A stretch of DNA of 41,953 bases, from sequence record SRR31156797_2984. The stretch is one strand, 5' to 3'. The number at the start of each line of letters is the position of its first letter. Position 1 is the stretch's first letter. Shown here one piece after another: positions 8,429-16,476 of this stretch. Under the pieces are notes generated by a model. The model was given only the letters and a program-made list of their open reading frames with translations. It searched no databases and was not told the origin of the DNA. The position numbers were made by a program, and so were the translations under genes.

Positions 8429-10871
8429 TAATCCCCTCCGCTGCGGATATAAATTTCGCCAACTCCGCTTCCACCTGCCCGGAATTTTCCAGCCGCATAT
8501 CCATCATCCGGGTCAAAGCAATGAGATATCCCAGAATAGCAAGCTGCTTTGCTGTATCCTTTGAATCAAGACGGGAACTGAAGGCTAACAGCATGTCCCC
8601 GCGAATTTCAGTTTCAAATCCGTAATGCTCAAGGGCTTTGCTGATAAATTCCAGCCGCAGAACCCGGTTATCAAATCCGGCCCCGCCACCCTTGAAACGG
8701 AACTTAATATAATTATGCCCAGACACAGGTCCGCAAAGGGAATCAACTTCAGAAAAATGATAACCGAAACGGACCAACAGATGCATATAATCTTCCGCCA
8801 GCAGACCATAACTGGCGAGAATTTTTGAATCCTTACTGAAAATACCCGCAGACATGCGATCGAACTCTTCCCAATCCACATGAGTCATTTCCTCAGGCCA
8901 GCCCACCCGTTTATCGGAAAGCCCCTTCCAAAAAAACTGCATAGGGAAACTCTTGACATCATCAGCCTGAACTTCTTTTTTCTGTTCAGCACCCGGATCA
9001 AGCCCCCGCTCCAAATCAATCAGGTAAACCACCAGCGGCAGAGAGGTTGCCAGCCGTTTTGAACTACCCATGCCCAGCCCGCGCTTATCCACCAACGAAA
9101 ACATTTCCTGCACTGCCATTTCATGACAGTAACGTATTAGGTCATGCATGGATTCACATCCGGACGGGGTAAAATTCTCAGCACGAGGGTCGACTAAATT
9201 AAGGTGAACCAACTGCGGAACCATATCCTTATATAAATCAAGTATACGTTGCGGAACCTGCGAATCACTGCAACTGCGAGTCAACACCCCCTCTACACAA
9301 CCATTATAAACTGCTCCGGCAGTTCCATCCACAGTAATCAGCTGCCCCGGTTCGAACCGATCCAGAATATCTCCCACCAGCACAGGAATTCCCATCTCCC
9401 TTGCAACAGAACCGAAGTGACTGGCCCTGCTTCCGGCAGCAGAGAGTACACCATTCATCTTTGCGGCAAAAGTCAGCAGGGAAGGTTTCAAAGCCGGGGT
9501 AACCACGATGGCTCCCTCAGGGATACGGGCTATTTCCTCACCACTACAGGCAAAATATACTTTACCACACCCGGCACCACCGGAAGCCCGTTCCAGCCCT
9601 TCAATGAGCGGCATTGCTGCTATAGGAGCAAGCTCCCCCAACTGTCCCGCCGATTCCTGCTGTAAGGGACGTGTCTGAAGAATATGAAATTGGCCTCCCT
9701 GATCCACTGCCCATTCCATATCCTGCGGACAACCAAACTGTTCTTCCAGCTTCAAAGCGCATTTGGCCAGTTGAACAAGCATCCGTTCATCAGGCAATGC
9801 AGCGCGATCAAACGCACATTCACTAACCAACCGGGGCTCTTTACCACGGAACAGCGAACCTTTGACTGGAACTACACTTCCATCCACAAGGGAAGCGCCC
9901 AGTCCGGATACACCGTAAACCCCTACGCTATCCCGACTGAGACAATCCGGGTCCAAGGAATAAACCACCCCGGAACTACGGGCATCTATCATAGGTACAA
10001 TGAGTACAGCCATGGCAGTATCGTTATCGGTCAAGCCGTTGGAAATACGGTAAGAAACAGCACGCGGACAATACTTCCCAGCCAAAACCCGTTTGTAAGC
10101 CTCAAGAACATCATCAGGATGTACATCAAGTTCGCTGGCATATTGTCCGGCAAATGAAATTTCACTGTCCTCGGCCAAGGCACTGGAACGCACCGCGAGC
10201 CGGCCGGTACCGTCAAGATAAACTGTAAGACCGCGTTTTATTTCTGCAGCCACTCCGGGTGGGACCTCGCCAGCAAGAAACAATTCCTGAAGCTCAAGGG
10301 TTAGAGATGAAAGCAAACGTACATTACCCACATCCATACGGCAAAGCCTCTTATTCACGGCACTGCGCAGATTGTTATGATCCAGATAAGCTTGAAAAGC
10401 ATTGGCAGTAACCACAAAACCGGGAAGAGCCTCCACATGCCCGAGCCCGTGCACCCGCCCAAGATTAACTCCCTTCCCCCCCGCCAAATCGGGACATTCA
10501 CCAGCAGCAGCCAGAGGGACCGTGTACGGCGGCTCGGAATCAGAGACAGGCAGGGCAACGGCCTTACGGGCTTTCAAATCAATTCGCTGAAATTCTGCCA
10601 ATAGATCACGAAACTTGTGAGGGTGCATTTCCTGCAATTCCCCAATCATTCCATAAACAGCCTGTGCCATCTGAATTTGCAGACAATTAGCCTGCATGCG
10701 GTCTGAAAGATTCCTGCCGTAGAACAATTCTTCAAGGTCAGCCACAAGGTCGAGAGCCTGCGAATCGTATTCCAACAAGATTTTGAATGCTTCATATTTA
10801 CGTTGCAGCAAAGCTCGCGGGGCCAACAAGGTTTCAGCCCAAAATTTCAAACTTTTTAATGGAAGCATCAA
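8421..10871 (-). CDS. PEP-synthase/PPDK-like water dikinase family protein (ATP-grasp, phospho-His and non-canonical C-terminal domain)
   Basis: GGKGVNL, AVRSSALAED, SFAGQY, QDMEW and ILQTRP ATP-grasp motifs, plus the swivel-His motif SRASHFGSVAREMGIP. No pyruvate-binding TIM-barrel motifs recognised. Confidence 0.88.
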   Translation of the reverse strand: MMLPLKSLKFWAETLLAPRALLQRKYEAFKILLEYDSQALDLVADLEELFYGRNLSDRMQANCLQIQMAQAVYGMIGELQEMHPHKFRDLLAEFQRIDLKARKAVALPVSDSEPPYTVPLAAAGECPDLAGGKGVNLGRVHGLGHVEALPGFVVTANAFQAYLDHNNLRSAVNKRLCRMDVGNVRLLSSLTLELQELFLAGEVPPGVAAEIKRGLTVYLDGTGRLAVRSSALAEDSEISFAGQYASELDVHPDDVLEAYKRVLAGKYCPRAVSYRISNGLTDNDTAMAVLIVPMIDARSSGVVYSLDPDCLSRDSVGVYGVSGLGASLVDGSVVPVKGSLFRGKEPRLVSECAFDRAALPDERMLVQLAKCALKLEEQFGCPQDMEWAVDQGGQFHILQTRPLQQESAGQLGELAPIAAMPLIEGLERASGGAGCGKVYFACSGEEIARIPEGAIVVTPALKPSLLTFAAKMNGVLSAAGSRASHFGSVAREMGIPVLVGDILDRFEPGQLITVDGTAGAVYNGCVEGVLTRSCSDSQVPQRILDLYKDMVPQLVHLNLVDPRAENFTPSGCESMHDLIRYCHEMAVQEMFSLVDKRGLGMGSSKRLATSLPLVVYLIDLERGLDPGAEQKKEVQADDVKSFPMQFFWKGLSDKRVGWPEEMTHVDWEEFDRMSAGIFSKDSKILASYGLLAEDYMHLLVRFGYHFSEVDSLCGPVSGHNYIKFRFKGGGAGFDNRVLRLEFISKALEHYGFETEIRGDMLLAFSSRLDSKDTAKQLAILGYLIALTRMMDMRLENSGQVEAELAKFISAAEGINV

Positions 10872-11122
10872 CTCTCCGGGACATGCTTGGGTATAAAATT
10901 TTCTGCCTTAAAAACAGGTTATCGTATTACAATAGAAAATCACAACCCGGAAAATCGGTTTGAATGATTTATTTCTCTCCACCCATCGGCAACACATCTT
11001 TTTTACACCACATATTGATTTTATCTCTCCGGCAAGCTAAATATTAAACAGTGCCCTTTGCGCACCAGTAATAAAATTACGGGATAACCGCCCGGCAAAA
11101 TATGTGGAGATGTTTTCAGACA

Positions 11123-13390
11123 ATGAGTTATTTAAAAAAATGGTGGCTGACCATCTGTTTCATATCACTGACAGTCATCCTAACTGCGATAATTATCGTC
11201 CCCCACTCCACCACCTCCCGCAAGGCCCTGACCGGACTGGCTCATGACATTATGCTCAATATATCGTCATATACGCTGGATAAGTCAGAAAGCTACCTGC
11301 GTCCGGCGGAAAATGCAGCAGAACTGACCCGCTTCCTTGCAGACAGCAATATTGTCAGCAGCGCGCATTACGAAAACATGATCCGGTATTTCAGCGAACA
11401 GCTTTCTCTCTACCGCCAGCTTTCAGGCATCTACTACGGAACCACCAAGGGTGAATTTTTCATGGTTGCCCGCTCCGATGACAAGATAAAGAATGGTTTA
11501 TTCGCGAAAACAATTCTCTTTGAAGACGGGGAACGCAAAACCACAATGACCTGGACCACTGCAGAAAATAAAGTGCTGCAAAGCGACATGGTTCCGCTGG
11601 ATAAATATGACCCCCGGAAACGTCCTTGGTTTATTGAAGCACTGATGGCCAACGATGTAATCTGGACTGAACCTTACATTTTTTTTACCAGCCAGAAACC
11701 GGGGATAACCACTGCCAGCCCGGTTTACGATAAAAAAGGTAAATTGCAGGGGGTTGTCGGCGTAGATATAACAATTGCTGAACTTTCAACTTTTTTAAGT
11801 ACTCTAACCATTGGACAAAACGGCAAAGCCTTTATTGTGGATACAAGTGGAAATGTAGTTGCATTCCCGGACCTTGAAGCACTCAAACAAACCTCACAAA
11901 ATAACAAAATCCGGTTAAGCAAAATCAACGAATTATCAGACGAAATATGCCAAAAAGCCTATAAATCTCTAAGCGTACACCCTGATCAGCTTCCGCAAAA
12001 ACCGATATTCACAACATTTAAACATCAGGGCGCGCGTTATAATGCAGTATTTACCCCTTTTAAAAACAGTCACTGGCCTTGGATTATCGGTCTCTACATC
12101 CCGGAAAACGACTATTTGGGAGACATAAAAAAAGACTATAACTTAAGCATCATGACTGCAGCCCTGGCTATCCTTCTTTCCGGTCTGATCGGCTGGGTGG
12201 TAGCCCGGAAACTGAATGCAGCAAAAGAAGACGCTGTAGCGGCAAACCATGCCAAGAGCCAGTTTTTAGCTGTAATGAGTCATGAGATCAGAACCCCCAT
12301 GAATGTAATTCTCGGCACAACAGACCTGCTCAAGGATTCCAATCCGCGCGCTGACCAGAAAAAATATATCAAGCTGCTTGATAATGCAGGAGAAGGACTG
12401 CTTTCCCTGATAAACGACATACTCGATATGTCCAAGGTGGAAGCGGGACTGCTGGACCTTGAAAGCATAGATTTCAATCCCTCAAAAATTATGCGTCAAT
12501 GCTGCAATGTATTCGAGCACTCAGCCTCCCAGAAGGGAATTGAGCTAGCCTGCCGCATTGACGGTAAACTGCCTGACCTTGTCGAAGGCGATCCGGTACG
12601 GGTCAAACAGATCTTGCTGAACCTAATCGGTAATGCAATAAAATTTACAGAAACAGGCGGGGTATATGTCCAAGCCGGGTACACCCCTCTGGCTAGCGAC
12701 AACGTTGAATTAAAATTTGAAATTCAAGATACTGGCCCTGGAATTCCTCAAGACAGACAAGATGCTATTTTTGAGCACTTTACGCAGGCAGATAGTTCCA
12801 TAACCCGCGAATTTCAAGGAACCGGGCTAGGGCTTTCAATCAGCAAAAAACTCTGCGAAATGATGAATGGTCAAATTTCACTTTCCAGTTCACAGGGCAA
12901 CGGGAGTACGTTCACCTTTACCATTACCCTGAAAGAAGTGAAAGGTTTTCACGCTAAAGGAGACAGTGATAAGAACCTGCCTGAAAACCGCACTCTGCCA
13001 CGCAAAGTGCTGCTTATTGAAGATAATAAAAGTAACCGTCTTCTTTTCAAGCATTTCATTTCCGACTCACCTCACATAATGAAATGTGCCTCAAATGGAG
13101 AAGAAGGAATTGAAATATACAAAGAATTCCAGCCTGATATCATTTTCATGGACATCGAAATGCCTGTTATGGACGGTTACAAAGCCACAGAAGAAATCCG
13201 CGACTGGGAGAGGATTATAGGTCTATCTCCTGTTCCAATCATTGCTCTTTCCGCTCATGCTATTAAAGGTACCGCAGAATCGGCCCGCGAAGCGGGTTGC
13301 TCCAGTTACATGACCAAACCAATAACAAAGTTGCAATTCCTTGAGCGTATTGAGCGGGACAGTCAAACGAATAATAGGAAGCGTTATTGA
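11123..13390 (+). CDS. Hybrid sensor histidine kinase (Cache-type periplasmic domain, HisKA, HATPase, REC)
   Basis: YDPRKRPWF and WTEPY Cache motifs, MSHEIRTPM, NLIGNAIKFT, GTGLGL and receiver IFMDIEMP. Second ATG (11123) is preferred because of the upstream GGAGA; the ORF opens at 11102. Confidence 0.92.
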   Translation: MSYLKKWWLTICFISLTVILTAIIIVPHSTTSRKALTGLAHDIMLNISSYTLDKSESYLRPAENAAELTRFLADSNIVSSAHYENMIRYFSEQLSLYRQLSGIYYGTTKGEFFMVARSDDKIKNGLFAKTILFEDGERKTTMTWTTAENKVLQSDMVPLDKYDPRKRPWFIEALMANDVIWTEPYIFFTSQKPGITTASPVYDKKGKLQGVVGVDITIAELSTFLSTLTIGQNGKAFIVDTSGNVVAFPDLEALKQTSQNNKIRLSKINELSDEICQKAYKSLSVHPDQLPQKPIFTTFKHQGARYNAVFTPFKNSHWPWIIGLYIPENDYLGDIKKDYNLSIMTAALAILLSGLIGWVVARKLNAAKEDAVAANHAKSQFLAVMSHEIRTPMNVILGTTDLLKDSNPRADQKKYIKLLDNAGEGLLSLINDILDMSKVEAGLLDLESIDFNPSKIMRQCCNVFEHSASQKGIELACRIDGKLPDLVEGDPVRVKQILLNLIGNAIKFTETGGVYVQAGYTPLASDNVELKFEIQDTGPGIPQDRQDAIFEHFTQADSSITREFQGTGLGLSISKKLCEMMNGQISLSSSQGNGSTFTFTITLKEVKGFHAKGDSDKNLPENRTLPRKVLLIEDNKSNRLLFKHFISDSPHIMKCASNGEEGIEIYKEFQPDIIFMDIEMPVMDGYKATEEIRDWERIIGLSPVPIIALSAHAIKGTAESAREAGCSSYMTKPITKLQFLERIERDSQTNNRKRY

Positions 13391-13495
13391 CTAAGGCTTA
13401 ATTTAATGTATGAATATTGTGAACAGCATTTTCGATGCACTACTATTGTTGAGCTATAAGCGGGAACAAAGGCTAAACGCCTTAAGGAGACAATT

Positions 13496-13909
13496 ATGAA
13501 TTCCAGAAGAAAATTCATGGCTATGTCCGTCGCAGCTACTGCAGCAATCCTAATGCCTGTAACCAACGCCGCTGCTGATAAAAGCCGCAGGTATCCTTCC
13601 AACATTATCTATACCCGAAAAGATCCTGGGGTATGGAGCAAAAAAGCAGGTTCCCATCTCCCACAGGTGGAAGTTAAAAACGGCAAAGCCATTATCCGCA
13701 CTCTGCATCCCATGACAGAAAAACATTATATCGTCCGCCACACATTAGTAGATGCCGACGGCAATGTTATCGGCGCAAAAACCTTTTCAAATACCGACGA
13801 AAAGGCGATTTCACGCTTCAAACTCCCGGCTGACAGCAAAGGCAAAAAATTCTTTGCTACCAGCTTCTGTAATAAGCATGATTTCTGGGTAACTCCGATA
13901 ACATTGTAA
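13496..13909 (+). CDS. Tat-exported neelaredoxin/superoxide reductase-like protein (desulfoferrodoxin centre II domain)
   Basis: Twin-arginine signal MNSRRKFM..TNA. Four-His/one-Cys iron ligands in SHLP, HPMTEKHYI and FCNKHDFW. Confidence 0.85.
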   Translation: MNSRRKFMAMSVAATAAILMPVTNAAADKSRRYPSNIIYTRKDPGVWSKKAGSHLPQVEVKNGKAIIRTLHPMTEKHYIVRHTLVDADGNVIGAKTFSNTDEKAISRFKLPADSKGKKFFATSFCNKHDFWVTPITL

Positions 13910-13973
13910 AATCCAAAAGCGGACTCTACCTCTCACGCTCTGAAACTGAATTTAGTAACAGGAGAACGCATAA

Positions 13974-15353
13974 ATGTATTTCAAACAACTTACCACTGAA
14001 GGACTGGGCTGCTACTCTTACGTTATCGGCTGCCCAGCCTCCGGTGAAATGGTCATTGTGGACCCGCGCAGGGATGTTCAGGAATATCTGGATATTTCCC
14101 GCGAGGAAGGCATGAATATCAGCAGAGTAATCAACACTCATGTCCATGCCGACCATGTGGGCGGTGAGCAGGAACTTAAATCCATTGTCGGTGCGGAACT
14201 GTTCATCCACGAAAATGCCGATGTGGGTTATGAGCATACCTCCATTAAAGAAGGAGACACCTTCATTGTGGGAGCAGCAAAACTGGATTTCCTGTTCACT
14301 CCCGGGCACACACCCAACGCCATATCCATTCTGGTCACCGACACCATGCGTGGTAATGAACCTTGGATGATCCTTACCGGGGACCTGCTTTTTGTAGGTG
14401 ACATCGGACGCCCGGACCTACCCGGCGATGAGATTCTGGATGAACAGGTGGCCAACCTCTATGACAGCTTGTACATAAAACTTGGCAAGCTCCCGGACTA
14501 TCTGGAAGTTTATCCGGCCCATGGACAGGGATCCCTCTGCGGCAAGGGCATGAGTGCAAAACCAAGTACCACACTTGGCTACGAACGACGCTACAACCCC
14601 ATGCTCCAGTTTGAAACTTTTGAAGACTTCAAAGCCAAGGTGCTGGAATCTTTCCCCAGCCGCCCGAAATCCTTCACCCACATCATCAATACCAACTTTG
14701 AAGGCGCACCTCTATTGGAACGCTGCCCTCTTGACCGGGCCATGAACCCGGAGAAATTCAAGCAGATGATTGATCAGGGCTGTACGGTGATTGATGTACG
14801 TGATGCAGCCGGATTCGGCGGCTTCCATATTCCGGGCAGTATCAACATCGGCCTTGAAAAACAGCTCGCTAACTGGGTAGGTATGGCAGTGGAACCAGAT
14901 TCAGACCTACTGCTGGTAGTCAATTCCAAGGAAGATTATGATCGTATGTGCACTGAACTGCACCGCATCGGCTACGACAGAATTTTCGGCTATCTGCACG
15001 GCGGGATTGCGGCTTGGCTCATGGCTGGATATCCAGTTGAAAATCTGGCCCAGAAATCCACAAAGCAACTCCATGAGACCATTGAAGAAGGCAAAAAATT
15101 CACTCTGCTTGATGTGCGCACCCCCGCTGAATGGAGCGGAGGACACATTAAGGGAGCAATCCACAAACCTTTCGTTAAAGTTCTTGATGAAGGGATTGAC
15201 GTGGACAAGGACAGTCCGGTCATTGTCATGTGCGGATCGGGATATCGTTCCAATATTGTCGGCAGCTATCTGCAAAGTAGCGGATTCACACAGGTCTGCT
15301 CACTTGCAGGCGGGGCAATAGCTTGGGCACGTTCAGGATATGAACTGGAATAA
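13974..15353 (+). CDS. MBL-fold persulfide dioxygenase-like protein with two rhodanese domains (CstB-like)
   Basis: THVHADH, TPGHTP, TGDLLFVGDIGRPDL, YPAHGQGSLCG, a pseudo-rhodanese domain, then a rhodanese with active-site loop CGSGYRS. Confidence 0.9.
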   Translation: MYFKQLTTEGLGCYSYVIGCPASGEMVIVDPRRDVQEYLDISREEGMNISRVINTHVHADHVGGEQELKSIVGAELFIHENADVGYEHTSIKEGDTFIVGAAKLDFLFTPGHTPNAISILVTDTMRGNEPWMILTGDLLFVGDIGRPDLPGDEILDEQVANLYDSLYIKLGKLPDYLEVYPAHGQGSLCGKGMSAKPSTTLGYERRYNPMLQFETFEDFKAKVLESFPSRPKSFTHIINTNFEGAPLLERCPLDRAMNPEKFKQMIDQGCTVIDVRDAAGFGGFHIPGSINIGLEKQLANWVGMAVEPDSDLLLVVNSKEDYDRMCTELHRIGYDRIFGYLHGGIAAWLMAGYPVENLAQKSTKQLHETIEEGKKFTLLDVRTPAEWSGGHIKGAIHKPFVKVLDEGIDVDKDSPVIVMCGSGYRSNIVGSYLQSSGFTQVCSLAGGAIAWARSGYELE

Positions 15354-15361
15354 CCAAAATT

Positions 15362-15391
15362 AAACCTCGGAGTAACGCACTCCGGGGTTTT
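15362..15391. terminator. Bidirectional terminator ending both the sor-MBL unit and the pel operon
   Basis: AAACCTCGGAGT-aacgc-ACTCCGGGGTTT(T) hairpin between convergent stops. Confidence 0.75.
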
Positions 15392-15394
15392 CAC

Positions 15395-16453
15395 TTACTC
15401 TTCTAAAATCAAAAAAACGTCGTTTATTAATCTTCGTATCTCAGGCAATAATTCAATCATCTGTTCAGCTGTAATGCCGATATTTTCCCATGCAGTGCGG
15501 TCAATAAATCCGATTACCGGAGAAATCCCAAGTCCATAACCAAGAGCCTGAGCAATAAAATCAGCCACGTGAATGACCATGGCATCGGGGTCAGTTTTTA
15601 TTTTACGCGGGTCATGGTGCCCCCATGCTGCAGCAATCAGCTGCCGGGGGAATTTCCACTTCATGAGAAGATACCCGCCAAGATCTGCATGATTAAAACC
15701 GAGCACCTCACGCTCTGCCCTATAAAGATTATACCCATCGCTACGAGCCAACTCAAAAAGCTCAATCGCTAAACTATAATCGCTTTCGAATATTACATGC
15801 AGCCCGACATCATGCATCAATCCACCAGCAAAAAAACGCTCCGGGTCACCAAGTCCTGCAGTCACAGCCATCTCCTGCGCCACAACCCCGCAGGCAATGG
15901 AATGTTTCCAAAATTTTTCCAGATCAAGGACCGCTTCATCAGTACGTCTGAATAAGCTCAAAGACGCAGTTCCAAGGGCAAGTACCCCGGCCTTCTCAAA
16001 ACCAAGCAATTCAACGGCCTTAGACGGTGTTTCAATTTTTGCCTCAAGCTTATAGAGCCCGCTGTTCGCCAGTCGCAGCACAGCAGCCGCTAATTTCGGT
16101 TCCCTACTGATTATCTCCGCAAGATCACTGATGGTGCTTTCAGGATTATCGAGCACTTCCTGCAACTGACCCTGCACTTGAGGCAATGAAGGCAAGACAA
16201 GAGACCCGGCAAGAAAAGCTTCTGGTCCTTTTGGCTTCTCACCGCTCCAAGGCTCTATATCAGAAGAAAATGTCCGGGGTAAAAAAGAATCAGGGTCAGC
16301 AAGCATTTGTTTGTAGACTCGTTTGAACGCTTCCTTCTTAAGCAACCTGACCAGATTGGAATTCCCGGCTTGCGCAAAAAGATTATGCACATAACGAGCC
16401 GCCGCTTCCTTGATATCCGGCCTTATTTTATATGGCTTCCCAGTTTTAACCAC
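15395..16453 (-). CDS. HDOD domain signalling protein (copy 2)
   Basis: LPSLPQV, EPKLAAAVLRLANS, FWKHSIACG, GGLMHDVG and WKFP..HHDP. GTG start. Confidence 0.9.
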   Translation of the reverse strand: MVKTGKPYKIRPDIKEAAARYVHNLFAQAGNSNLVRLLKKEAFKRVYKQMLADPDSFLPRTFSSDIEPWSGEKPKGPEAFLAGSLVLPSLPQVQGQLQEVLDNPESTISDLAEIISREPKLAAAVLRLANSGLYKLEAKIETPSKAVELLGFEKAGVLALGTASLSLFRRTDEAVLDLEKFWKHSIACGVVAQEMAVTAGLGDPERFFAGGLMHDVGLHVIFESDYSLAIELFELARSDGYNLYRAEREVLGFNHADLGGYLLMKWKFPRQLIAAAWGHHDPRKIKTDPDAMVIHVADFIAQALGYGLGISPVIGFIDRTAWENIGITAEQMIELLPEIRRLINDVFLILEE

Positions 16454-16476
16454 TATTTATCTCTACTGAAATTACC

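Noticed and set aside
11053-11068. Minus-strand GG-N10-GC as a sigma54 promoter for the dikinase
   Set aside because: Spacing fits but TGGTGCG/GGGC is far from the TGGCACG/TTGC consensus.
13417-13435. TTGTGAA half-site upstream of the SOR-like gene as a Rex or Crp-family box
   Set aside because: The second half-site is absent.
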